From a virus (taxonomy: Duplodnaviria > Heunggongvirae > Uroviricota > Caudoviricetes): a DNA stretch of 64,000 bases. A program made the position numbers and the translations under genes. Position 1 is the stretch's first letter. Each line of letters begins with the position of its first letter. The notes below the pieces were generated by a model. It saw nothing but the letters and a program-made list of their open reading frames with translations. It had not been told where the DNA came from and ran no database searches. Location: the IMG/VR virus record IMGVR_UViG_3300028886_000031, positions 64,001 to 128,000 of that record; one strand, written 5' to 3'. Shown piece by piece: positions 19,041 to 28,606 of the stretch.

Positions 19041-19526
19041 ATGTTGAAATGTTCCAATTTAATGTACTGTTTTGAATTGGATGGTGTTTTGGTTGACAAC
19101 GTTCCGTATGATGATAATGTAGTTATACGGAACGTTAGTCTATTCAAAAATAAGTCAATTTTCAATCCAAATGAGTTAGATATTAGGTGGAATATTATTA
19201 CAAATAGACCAAGAGTAGATATCCCTTGGATAAAATTATTCTGTTTTAAGAATGGAATGACACCATGTGAAATTATTACATATAAGAAGTTTTTAAAAAG
19301 ATATAATCTAGCTGAATACTCAGCAGATTTTAAACTTTCTATCTTTAAGGATATTTTAGATGAAAAGCGTAGTGTAAAGTATACAAAAAACAAAGTTGAA
19401 AATATAATGCATATATGCAACGACCAGACAGAGAATTATTATATAAATTCGAATAGGGATAACTATCCTGTAATTTCTGTCAGTATGATCGATTTCAAAC
19501 GTGAGTTCTTCAACCACATAGTCTAG
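19041..19526 (+). CDS. HAD-superfamily-like protein with degenerate motif I
   Basis: YCFELDGVL (DxDG-like with D replaced by E), IITNRP and a downstream Lys (FK). Confidence 0.55.
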   Translation: MLKCSNLMYCFELDGVLVDNVPYDDNVVIRNVSLFKNKSIFNPNELDIRWNIITNRPRVDIPWIKLFCFKNGMTPCEIITYKKFLKRYNLAEYSADFKLSIFKDILDEKRSVKYTKNKVENIMHICNDQTENYYINSNRDNYPVISVSMIDFKREFFNHIV

Positions 19527-19543
19527 AAAAGGAAAAAGAAACA

Positions 19544-19924
19544 ATGGCAATTAAAACAAACGCCGATGGCTCTAAAGTCAATGTTATACGTCTAGATGCA
19601 AAAGACGATGAAGTCAAAAGAAAAGAAGCCAAGGGTATGATGGATCTTTGCCGTCTCGTAAGAGAAAGCAAATTCAATGTAAGACGCTGTATCATGGCAA
19701 TTCATGATCCAGATGTTGCTACGTTCTATAATGTTCCTGCCTCAGAAAGCAGGAGTTATGCTATGGTAGAAATTTTTGGTTCTAATAATAATTCTGTAAA
19801 TGATTTCAGATTGAAAATGAAATTAGTTGAAGGATTTCTTGTTTCACATAAATATAAAGTAGTAGCCTCCAAGGTCTTTAATAAAGAATATCCAATTGGT
19901 AAGATTGTTGTCAGTCTCGTTTAA
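19544..19924 (+). CDS. Hypothetical protein upstream of RNAP genes
   Basis: 126-aa ORF with AAGGA RBS. Confidence 0.7.
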   Translation: MAIKTNADGSKVNVIRLDAKDDEVKRKEAKGMMDLCRLVRESKFNVRRCIMAIHDPDVATFYNVPASESRSYAMVEIFGSNNNSVNDFRLKMKLVEGFLVSHKYKVVASKVFNKEYPIGKIVVSLV

Positions 19925-19949
19925 CAATTGATTTCAAGGAGGAATATCA

Positions 19950-22900
19950 ATGAAGATTGATTGGCTCAATATCGATGAGTTCTGTAAGAACTTACCTGAA
20001 GTAACAACATCTAAGATATATTCTAAAAAGATCTTTCATCCAGAAGGATTATTCTCTGAACAGATTTTTGGACCTGTGAAGAGTTATACATGCTCTTGTG
20101 GAATTTATTATGGGCGTTCGAAACATAATACAGTATGTCCAATTTGTGGAACTAAAATAGAGAATAGCAATGTTCGTAGAAAGAACATGGCTAAGATTGT
20201 ATTGCCGTTTGGGGTAATTAATCCAATTATGCTCTTTACAATTAAGAGAGTGAAGTTGGAGATTTATAACATCATCATGAGCATGATCATGGATAATGAT
20301 GTTATGGGTTATTACTTCGACGAGAATAAAGAAAAGTTTATTAAGGTTCTTAAACCTACGTTAGACACAGAAGGAACGGCAATTCCGGATGGAGTAACGT
20401 TATATAGTGGTCCAAAACAGACTTTCGATCTTGTTAAGTTTGAAGCTGAACGTAACATGGAAACGAGTCGTTATTGGAAGTTTATATATGATAGACTTGA
20501 TAATTATTGGATGCATAATATAGGAGTTGTTCCACCAGAGTTTCGTCCAGTATCTAAGAGTAACAATCAACAGATGCGTGACGAGATGAACAAGTTCTAT
20601 TTGAAGATATTGGAATTCAAGGCTGTCAATAAAGATAATCAACTTAATCTCCAGCCGACATCTGAATCTGAGTCAGAACCTGAATCTGTCAATGAGAATG
20701 AAAGTGTTGCTGAGATAGAAAATGTAGAACAAGCTATAGATATGCTTGCTGAAAACATTCAGCATCAGGTAGATGAATCACAACAGACAGAGACTACACA
20801 GACTGTTAATCCAGTTCCTCAGCAGGCTCTAGATGATATTTATAGGTTTAGCTTTAAAAACCTTCAGAATTACATACTTGATCTTTATCAATTTATATTT
20901 GATAAATTCTCTAAGAAATCTGGTCTGATTCGTGGATCTATTCTTGGTAAAAGAATTGACTTTTCTGGTAGATGTGTAATTGATCCGGATCCAAACTTGG
21001 AACTAGATCAGTGCGGAATTCCGTATTTAATGGCACTAGAGTTTTATAAACTTCAAGTTGCTAATAGATTGTTGGAGTTGAAAAACTTCAATGGACATAA
21101 GTTCTACAGATTTGACCCAGTTTTGGATTTCATTGATGAATGTATCGAGAAACATGATTTCTGTTTGTTTGATATTGTAAGTGAAATAGCAAATAATAAG
21201 TTGTTTATATTAAATAGACAGCCAACACTTCATAGAATGGGATTAATGTCATTCCGTTGTGTTGTTCATAAGGATTATGTCATCAAGACGCATCCATTTA
21301 TATGTGAGCCATACAACGCAGACTACGATGGTGATCAGATGGCTGCGTATATTTCATTGTATCCGGAAACGGAACAATCTAATAGAGATCATCTATTTAT
21401 TATGGAGAACTTGATATCACCGTCTACTGGTGATGTATGTTTGTCTGTAAACCAAGATGTTGTTTTGAGTCTGTATCTTCTAACACAAGACAATGCAACT
21501 CCAAAGACAACATATTCGGGACCTAAGATTTGGCCTGGAAAGAAAGATGGTGATGTTCTTGAAACATATGAAGGCAGGATAGAGTTCAATAACATTTTAC
21601 CGAGTAACTTCCCATTCTTTAATGAGGAACTCACAAAAGGAAAAATACATAGTCTTTTGAATGTTATATGTAAAAACTATGATAAAGATACAATCAAGAA
21701 AGTACTTGATAACATCAAGGTTCTTGGTTTTACAAAGACTACACAGATTGGTTCTACGTTCTCGTTAAAGAATCTAGCAACGGATGATAGAATTGCAGAA
21801 CATATAACTAAGATTGTAGATGATAATAAGAAGTCTCTGGCACAAAAGTTCTTTGAACTTGCTGAATCACCATTGAAGAAGGAAGTCGAAAATAACTTCC
21901 CGTATGCTAACTTTATTAGATCTGGATCACGTGGTACTTGGGATCAAGCTGACCAGTTAATATGGTGTCGTGGATATGTATCTAACTCTAAAGGACAAGT
22001 TGTGGAGACTCCAATTAAACACAATCTTGTAACTGGTCTAACTAGAGATGAGTTCTTAACATCTTGTTATGGTGCTCGTAAGGCACTTTTGGATGTAGCG
22101 TTAAATACTGCTGTGTCTGGTTATCTAACTCGTAAACTTGTCTATGGACTTGTTAATGTAGAGTTGGATGAAAACTGTGATGATTGTGGAACAGATCAAT
22201 ATATGGAACTAACAATTCCTGAGGAATTGACAGATGAAAAGATAGAGCAATTAACAGCTGATATTGCTGATCCTAAATTGAAGCAACTTAAGATAGATGA
22301 ACTTAAGATTAAGAAGGCTAACAGCATTAGTCCAATAAAACTTGCTAAATCTTTAAGATATAGATGGTATAAGGACGAGGATGGTCAGCTTAAGATGGTT
22401 ACTGAAAATGGATTCAAGAATCTCTTAGGAAAGACAATTAAACTTCGTTCGCCCATCTTCTGTAAGAATCCGAGAATATGTAAGAAATGCTATGGTGATT
22501 TGTACAAACAACTTCATAGTAAATATATCGGTGTTATTGCTGCACAAGCACTTGGTGAGGTTGCAACTCAGCTCACGTTGAGAACATTCCATGTGTCTGG
22601 AGTTGCCCAAATGAACAAGGGTCAGCAGGATGATACACAACAAGATATTATTAACGATCTTACGAACGTGAAGAAGATTCTTCATGGTGGTAATGATTGG
22701 AATACAACTGGTTATAAAGATATGATTATGAATCTGTTCCATATCTATTCAAACCATAAAACTCTAATGTTAAATCATTTTGAGTTAGCTGTCTCCCAGC
22801 TAATGAGATCTGGTTCTAGACGCTGGAGAAATGATCCGAATAGAGATGAACATGAACCTAATATAGTATCTATTGAGAAAGTTCCATCACTTGAATCTCT

Positions 22901-23012
22901 ATTCTTGGCACTAGCTTTCTCAAAGCCATATGTTTATATTATAGGTGCTATTATGGGCAATGCCCAAACAACAGATGGTATTCTAGAAAAAATGCTTATA
23001 AACAAAGTCTAA
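19950..23012 (+). CDS. rpoC: Multisubunit DNA-directed RNA polymerase beta' subunit
   Basis: GLFSEQIFGP, CSCG..CPIC zinc site, VPPEFRP, LGKRIDFSGR, LNRQPTLHR, catalytic YNADYDGDQM, bridge helix SGYLTRKL, trigger loop GEVATQLTLRTFH. Confidence 0.97.
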   Translation: MKIDWLNIDEFCKNLPEVTTSKIYSKKIFHPEGLFSEQIFGPVKSYTCSCGIYYGRSKHNTVCPICGTKIENSNVRRKNMAKIVLPFGVINPIMLFTIKRVKLEIYNIIMSMIMDNDVMGYYFDENKEKFIKVLKPTLDTEGTAIPDGVTLYSGPKQTFDLVKFEAERNMETSRYWKFIYDRLDNYWMHNIGVVPPEFRPVSKSNNQQMRDEMNKFYLKILEFKAVNKDNQLNLQPTSESESEPESVNENESVAEIENVEQAIDMLAENIQHQVDESQQTETTQTVNPVPQQALDDIYRFSFKNLQNYILDLYQFIFDKFSKKSGLIRGSILGKRIDFSGRCVIDPDPNLELDQCGIPYLMALEFYKLQVANRLLELKNFNGHKFYRFDPVLDFIDECIEKHDFCLFDIVSEIANNKLFILNRQPTLHRMGLMSFRCVVHKDYVIKTHPFICEPYNADYDGDQMAAYISLYPETEQSNRDHLFIMENLISPSTGDVCLSVNQDVVLSLYLLTQDNATPKTTYSGPKIWPGKKDGDVLETYEGRIEFNNILPSNFPFFNEELTKGKIHSLLNVICKNYDKDTIKKVLDNIKVLGFTKTTQIGSTFSLKNLATDDRIAEHITKIVDDNKKSLAQKFFELAESPLKKEVENNFPYANFIRSGSRGTWDQADQLIWCRGYVSNSKGQVVETPIKHNLVTGLTRDEFLTSCYGARKALLDVALNTAVSGYLTRKLVYGLVNVELDENCDDCGTDQYMELTIPEELTDEKIEQLTADIADPKLKQLKIDELKIKKANSISPIKLAKSLRYRWYKDEDGQLKMVTENGFKNLLGKTIKLRSPIFCKNPRICKKCYGDLYKQLHSKYIGVIAAQALGEVATQLTLRTFHVSGVAQMNKGQQDDTQQDIINDLTNVKKILHGGNDWNTTGYKDMIMNLFHIYSNHKTLMLNHFELAVSQLMRSGSRRWRNDPNRDEHEPNIVSIEKVPSLESLFLALAFSKPYVYIIGAIMGNAQTTDGILEKMLINKV

Positions 23013-23027
23013 TGAAAGGATGAAATA

Positions 23028-26000
23028 ATGATAAGGATTCCTTCTTTTGAATTGTCTGATTTAAATGCTTTTAACTTTCGTGAGTATGAATGGGATTCTA
23101 ACACGATTATAAATGTTATAAAACAGATACTTCAGAATTCAGAGAAATATAACATTACCGTCAAGAATGTCTCAATAGAGGAAAAACCAGAAAAGAGTAA
23201 CTCCAGTGAGATCAGAAAGACGTTATCAAAGATTCTTAAAATAGATCTTGTTTATCATAATGGTGACACAAGTATAGATATTCCGTTGGACTATGAAATA
23301 CCTTGGCTAATTAACAACCATTTCTATATTGGTGGTAATTACAAGGTAGCAATATATCAACTTTATGACAAGCCAATTATTAATGTTCAGAAAAAGAACA
23401 TCATTAAAATAAAGACTACGTTGTTTCAATCGTTTAACGTAGAAAAGAAGAAACCAACGAAAAAGAGTAAGATAAATTTTGAGGCACAGTTCTTCAATAA
23501 GAAATTTCCTTATGTTTATCTGCTAATAGCTAAACATGGAATCGATTGGTGTAAACAGACATTTAAGTTGGATGATAACTTTGAATATATTGATGATGCT
23601 GAATATGCTAATAAAACGGAAGAGGTTCAACTACTTCGTAGTGATATGAAGTATGTTCTTTCTAACGCTGCTATTGATAAAGCCCGTCTATTTAGGACAG
23701 ATTTTCCAAAAATGACGGATGCTGAATTTGTACAAAATATGGATCTAATTACAGATCTGGATATTTTCACAAGTAGGTATTTAAGTACTGGAAACATTAT
23801 TGATGAGTTCCTTGCTATATATGAGAATGGAACTTATGATGATTCAGATTACAGCAATAAGAGACTTCGTTTCTCAGAGCAGGTGATATATTGCTGGGTT
23901 ATCAAAGATCTTTATAGTCTGTTTAACCAGATTAAGACAAAGAGCATTAAGAAATTGAGATTCAATATAAACAATAAGGTTATTCTACAGAATGCCAATG
24001 TTTCAAGTATTGTTCAGTTCGACACATGTATTAATCCATTGTATGAATTAGCTATATTGTCTAGAACATCTCTATCTGGTCCTGGTGGATTTAAGAAAGA
24101 GAATGTTCCTACGAACATGAGGGATATTCATAGTTCAATGCTTCATATAATAGATCCGTCTGATACTGGTGACCGTGATGGCTGCGGAACAATTCAATAT
24201 ATTGTACCTTCTGCTAAATTTAAGGAAGATGGTTGTTTAGAAAGTTGTGGACCGAATTCTCCGGTTAACTCTGTGTCTACATCTTTTGTACCTCTTTGTG
24301 AACATGATGACCCTGTTAGACTTCAAATGAGTTCATCTCAGCAACGCCATGCTGTAATGTTGCAGAATTTCGACTCTGCAATTATTCAGTCTGGCATTGA
24401 GGGAATGTATTCTAACCATACATCTTTCTTATATACAGCAAAGGATGATGGAACAGTCATCTATAAAAATCGCGACATTGTAATTGTTAAATATAATAAC
24501 GGCACATTCCAGACATTACATATTGGATATAGAAAACTATATATTAGTGTTCTAGATTTCTATCATGTGTATTATAATGTTGGTGATACATTTAAGAAGG
24601 GTGATATTATTGCTGAGTCTAATTTCATGAAGAGTGGAAAAATCTGTCTCGGCAAGAACCTGAGAGTATGTATAACTCCTTATTATGGTCTAAACTACGA
24701 GGATGCGATTGTGCTATCTGAAAGGGTTAGACGTGAAAAGATGTTTACATCTGTTCACTATAAAGAGATTGTAATAGAAGTTCCGAAGAATAAGGTTCTG
24801 TTGAATATCACGGATAACAAAGATACCTATAAGGTAATTCCAAGTATTGGTGATCAGGTTAAACGTGGCGAGGTAATAGCTAAACTCAAAACAATTGATA
24901 AAGAGCGTTTCCCGAGCGTAATCTTTGAGAAGTGTTCTGAAGTTAAGAGTGATGAGGATGGTGAGGTAATAGATGTTAAGGTATATGCTAACAAATGGAA
25001 TACTGACTTTGAGCAATTTAATGATTTCGTTAAGAGTTCAATAGCTCAGAATAAGATAGAAAGGGATAACCTTGTCAAGGAAGTTTCTGAATATCTAAAT
25101 AGTGACGAACTTGAACAACTTGTATCTACATTGGATATTAATAAATCCGAGAAAAACAATTACAAGTACAAAGGTGATGTCATTGATGGAGTTAGAATTG
25201 AATTAACAATTAAATATGACCGTGATCTTCAAATAGGTGATAAACTGGCAAATAGACATGGTAATAAAGGAACAATTTCAAGGTTTGTTCCCGATGAGTT
25301 AATGCCTGTAAATCAGGAAGATGGAACTCGTGCCGATATTGTGATTAATCCTCTTGGTATTATTTCACGTATGAATGTCGGTCAGGTATTTGAATGTCAT
25401 TTGTCCGAAGCTGTTATGAACCTTCGTAAGAAGTGTCATGTAATGCTTCATGGTGCAAATGACACAGTAGTAATAAAGGATCCTGATATAGATGGTGTAA
25501 AGAATTATATTAATGGATTTATTGATATAATCGATTGTACAGAAAATAAAACATATTCGACTCAAGCTAAAGAAATTATTAATGGGTTGAATTTTATGCA
25601 ATTGTGTTCATTGGTTAAAAACTTTACTGTAATTCAGCCTCCATTCCAGAGCATTGGAACGAAGGAACTTCAGAAAGCTATGGAATATACAAACACTAAA
25701 TATGAGGTTCGTGTATATGATCCTGTATGCAAAAAGGAAATCAAGAACGACCTTGTATTCGGTTGGCTCTATTATATGAAACTAAATCATATTTCCCAAG
25801 ATAAGATTGCCTATAGAGGAATTGGACCATATTCGGCTAAAACAAATCAGCCGTTGTGTGGCAAATCCCGTAAAGGTGGTCAAAGACTTGGCGAGATGGA
25901 AATATGGGCTGTAATAGCACATGGTGATGAAAAGAATTTAAATGAGTTCATTACAACAAAATCAGATAGTATTCAATTGAGGAACAAGTATATTTCCCAT

Positions 26001-26243
26001 TGTATTGGAAACGAGGAACTCCTCGCAGACCAGGACGATGATAAGGTTCCACAATCACTTAGGTTGTTGGAAAGTTGCTTAAAGTCCATAGGTATAGATT
26101 TTAAGATCAACAGTGAGAAGACTGATGATGAAACCCAAGAGGTGACAGATACGGATCCGATCTTGGATGATCTTATGAATGAGGAAGATATGGAAGTCCT
26201 CGATGATACAAATGATACATACGATAGTGATGATAAGGAGTAA
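23028..26243 (+). CDS. rpoB: Multisubunit DNA-directed RNA polymerase beta subunit
   Basis: SLSGPGG, RDIHSS, EHDD..R.QM.SSQQRHA, GLNYEDAIV, GDKLANRHGNKG, NPLGIISRMN.GQ, YMKLNH, GGQRLGEMEIWA. Confidence 0.97.
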   Translation: MIRIPSFELSDLNAFNFREYEWDSNTIINVIKQILQNSEKYNITVKNVSIEEKPEKSNSSEIRKTLSKILKIDLVYHNGDTSIDIPLDYEIPWLINNHFYIGGNYKVAIYQLYDKPIINVQKKNIIKIKTTLFQSFNVEKKKPTKKSKINFEAQFFNKKFPYVYLLIAKHGIDWCKQTFKLDDNFEYIDDAEYANKTEEVQLLRSDMKYVLSNAAIDKARLFRTDFPKMTDAEFVQNMDLITDLDIFTSRYLSTGNIIDEFLAIYENGTYDDSDYSNKRLRFSEQVIYCWVIKDLYSLFNQIKTKSIKKLRFNINNKVILQNANVSSIVQFDTCINPLYELAILSRTSLSGPGGFKKENVPTNMRDIHSSMLHIIDPSDTGDRDGCGTIQYIVPSAKFKEDGCLESCGPNSPVNSVSTSFVPLCEHDDPVRLQMSSSQQRHAVMLQNFDSAIIQSGIEGMYSNHTSFLYTAKDDGTVIYKNRDIVIVKYNNGTFQTLHIGYRKLYISVLDFYHVYYNVGDTFKKGDIIAESNFMKSGKICLGKNLRVCITPYYGLNYEDAIVLSERVRREKMFTSVHYKEIVIEVPKNKVLLNITDNKDTYKVIPSIGDQVKRGEVIAKLKTIDKERFPSVIFEKCSEVKSDEDGEVIDVKVYANKWNTDFEQFNDFVKSSIAQNKIERDNLVKEVSEYLNSDELEQLVSTLDINKSEKNNYKYKGDVIDGVRIELTIKYDRDLQIGDKLANRHGNKGTISRFVPDELMPVNQEDGTRADIVINPLGIISRMNVGQVFECHLSEAVMNLRKKCHVMLHGANDTVVIKDPDIDGVKNYINGFIDIIDCTENKTYSTQAKEIINGLNFMQLCSLVKNFTVIQPPFQSIGTKELQKAMEYTNTKYEVRVYDPVCKKEIKNDLVFGWLYYMKLNHISQDKIAYRGIGPYSAKTNQPLCGKSRKGGQRLGEMEIWAVIAHGDEKNLNEFITTKSDSIQLRNKYISHCIGNEELLADQDDDKVPQSLRLLESCLKSIGIDFKINSEKTDDETQEVTDTDPILDDLMNEEDMEVLDDTNDTYDSDDKE

Positions 26244-26246
26244 ATT

Positions 26247-26897
26247 ATGGAAGAAATGACAGTTGATATGGTTAAAGATATGATTCTTAAAGGTGCCAGC
26301 AAAGAGAAAATTAAAGAAGCTCTTGAAAAGATATATCCTGGCGCTATGGAGAAGATAAAAGAGCTAATAGCCATTATTGGTGATGATCCTGAAAGGGAGG
26401 GTCTACAAGACACTCCCTTCAGGGTTGTTAAAAGTTGGCTCGAGATATATGGTGGTTATAAATGCAATAATACAAAGCTGGATACGTCATTTGAGGATGA
26501 CACAGGTGATTTTGATGAGAGTCAGATTATAATGTGTAGGAATATAGATTTCTATTCTACATGTGAGCACCATATGATTCCTTTTCATGGATATTGTCAT
26601 ATTGGTTATCTTCCGAATAAGAAGGTCATTGGTGTATCTAAGTTAGTAAGAATTACAGAATATTTTGCAAAGAGACTTCAAATTCAAGAGAAGCTCTGTA
26701 CACAGATTGCAGATTATATACAGAAAATTCTGGAACCACAAGGTGTTGGAGTTATTATAACTGCTGAGCATCTCTGTATGAAAGCCAGAGGAGTTCGTAA
26801 TGCAACAAGCAATATGGTAACATCACAGATGCGTGGTAAATTTAGAACACAGATAGAGACTAGACAAGAGTTCTTATCACTAATTGGTCTTAAGTGA
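26247..26897 (+). CDS. folE: GTP cyclohydrolase I
   Basis: REGLQDTP.RV, STCEHHMIPF, IGVSKL.R, RLQIQE and HLCM.ARG motifs. Confidence 0.96.
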   Translation: MEEMTVDMVKDMILKGASKEKIKEALEKIYPGAMEKIKELIAIIGDDPEREGLQDTPFRVVKSWLEIYGGYKCNNTKLDTSFEDDTGDFDESQIIMCRNIDFYSTCEHHMIPFHGYCHIGYLPNKKVIGVSKLVRITEYFAKRLQIQEKLCTQIADYIQKILEPQGVGVIITAEHLCMKARGVRNATSNMVTSQMRGKFRTQIETRQEFLSLIGLK

Positions 26898-26923
26898 CCA
26901 GAAAAAGTTCTAAGGAGAAACCA

Positions 26924-27754
26924 ATGAACGAAGAAATGACGAATGAGATTCAAAATATGATTAATGTATCTGAAAATGATGAAGTTCAGAACGAACAAGA
27001 AAATGTAGTCAATGAGATAACTGAGACCGTTACGATGGGAAATATAGCTCCACAGGAAGTTGAAACAGAAGTTCCTGCTGTGGAAGAGGCTGCACCGGAA
27101 GCTGATCCTGTTGGTGATCCGACTGATGAGGCTGCACCGGAAGCTGATCCTGTTGTCGATCCGACTGTTCTTGTCGAGTCTGATTGTGTAACTGTATCAG
27201 ATGTTATTCTTCAAAATGTAGATAAACATATTAAGATGACTCTTTTGAATGATCTCGTTCACGCAAATTCTGCTGATGCTGACGTTTCCAATTACATTGT
27301 ATATGTGAACACAGATAAGAAGATTCCGTGCATTTACGATTGTCAGAAATTGATTGTTCCGAAGGCATCTGTTCAGAATGCTGATGGAACCTGGAACATC
27401 ACGTCGATTGAAGGACGTCGTTCTGGTTTTGTGATTAAGTGTCCGGGACGTGACCTTGTTATGTCCAAGAACTTCATCTACGATATCATTTTCAATGAAT
27501 CTGGAAATATCGTCAGCATTAGCGAATATAATCGCAAGCATGCAAACAACAATGTAGTTGTAGAAGTTCCGCCTTCTTTGGATTATGATGTTGTTTCCTT
27601 CTGCATCTCTAGCGTACTTCCGAAGATTGTGAAATGTGGAAAGTATAAGACGATACCTGAGCTTTACGAGCAGGTTAAGAATAGCTACAACAATGTAGAC
27701 GATATCAATGCAATGTTTAAAATTGCAGAACTTCGTTTGAAGATCGGTTGCTAA
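26924..27754 (+). CDS. Hypothetical protein with acidic repeat-containing N-terminus
   Basis: ATG at 26924 after AAGGAG; EAAPEADPVxDPT twice; GC-richer codon usage. Confidence 0.75.
   Translation: MNEEMTNEIQNMINVSENDEVQNEQENVVNEITETVTMGNIAPQEVETEVPAVEEAAPEADPVGDPTDEAAPEADPVVDPTVLVESDCVTVSDVILQNVDKHIKMTLLNDLVHANSADADVSNYIVYVNTDKKIPCIYDCQKLIVPKASVQNADGTWNITSIEGRRSGFVIKCPGRDLVMSKNFIYDIIFNESGNIVSISEYNRKHANNNVVVEVPPSLDYDVVSFCISSVLPKIVKCGKYKTIPELYEQVKNSYNNVDDINAMFKIAELRLKIGC
27086..27167 (+). repeat. Two-copy tandem repeat, 42-nt period, in frame
   Basis: GAGGCTGCACCGGAAGCTGATCCTGTTG..GATCCGACTG at 27086 and 27128. Confidence 0.9.
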
Positions 27755-27762
27755 TCAGATAA

Positions 27763-27845
27763 GAGTTGATCCGTAATTGAAGCATTTATTTCATGATGCT
27801 GTGAGTGAAAAAGGTATTAACCTTTCGTTACGTGATCAGATACTC
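27763..27845 (+). ncRNA. Candidate structured RNA (three-way junction) in intergenic region
   Basis: Closing stem GAGT/ACTC, TGATC/GATCA and CGTAA/TTACG, with inner hairpins AGCAT/ATGCT and AAAGGT/ACCTTT. Confidence 0.4.
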
Positions 27846-27871
27846 AAAAAAACTCTCAGAAATTTAAATTA

Positions 27872-28606
27872 ATGATTAATCAAAAATGTCCACTTGTTCT
27901 GCATGATTTATATTATTATGATATAGTTAGTGCTTTTCCAACAATCATGCAGAACCAGAATTTTAATTTTGGAAATATTGATTTAACAAACAAACAAGAA
28001 AGAAATACTTTTATCGGTAAACAACAGATAAAGAACAAAAATTTATCTGGTTATTTAAATGATTCTGTTAAATATCTGACAGATTTTTATTTGCAATATA
28101 ATGAGATAGATGATGAGGACGTTATCTTTAGACAAAAAGATGGATTTATCTTAAAGACACTACTTCCTAAAAATAATCTATATATAGAAATGTCTCTTAG
28201 ACATACACTTCCACTTTTGTATATAGATACGAAACGAGAAGGCATGTTATACTTCGATGAGACAGATGAACTATATGTTAAGGGGGTTAGATATTATTAT
28301 GAGAAATTGGATGAGATATATTCAAAGTTTCTTAATTTAGATTTTTATGATACACGGACTTTGTGTATTCAACTACAAGATATAAAAGATAGTGTTGTTA
28401 ATAGTAATGATAAGCTTCTGTTCGGTATAAATGGGGATGATGTTCAATATACATTTATATTAAAGAATGGAAAGAAAGTACGTACCTATGATCCAGACTT
28501 TGTAGAGTTGGACGAGATAGATAAATATAGATATTTTAACCATTATTTTAAACCATTCACTGATTCTGTTTTTATAGAAGGGATTATCAATGGAAAAACA
28601 AACTAA
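27872..28606 (+). CDS. Minimal divergent family-B DNA polymerase-like palm domain
   Basis: YYYDIVSAFPT (motif A-like), IFRQKDGFI (motif C-like), YVKGV and EIDKYRY (C-terminal PolB-like); only 244 aa. Confidence 0.6.
   Translation: MINQKCPLVLHDLYYYDIVSAFPTIMQNQNFNFGNIDLTNKQERNTFIGKQQIKNKNLSGYLNDSVKYLTDFYLQYNEIDDEDVIFRQKDGFILKTLLPKNNLYIEMSLRHTLPLLYIDTKREGMLYFDETDELYVKGVRYYYEKLDEIYSKFLNLDFYDTRTLCIQLQDIKDSVVNSNDKLLFGINGDDVQYTFILKNGKKVRTYDPDFVELDEIDKYRYFNHYFKPFTDSVFIEGIINGKTN

Noticed and set aside
19950-26243. Bacterial chromosome or NCLDV origin of the RNAP genes
   Set aside because: Reversed gene order, no ribosomal protein neighbours, Shine-Dalgarno-led overlapping genes and a tail module all indicate a bacteriophage.
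27795-27830. CTGTGAG..GAAA as a hammerhead ribozyme core
   Set aside because: It lacks the CUGANGA consensus and there is no stem II between the two elements; kept only as an unassigned structure.
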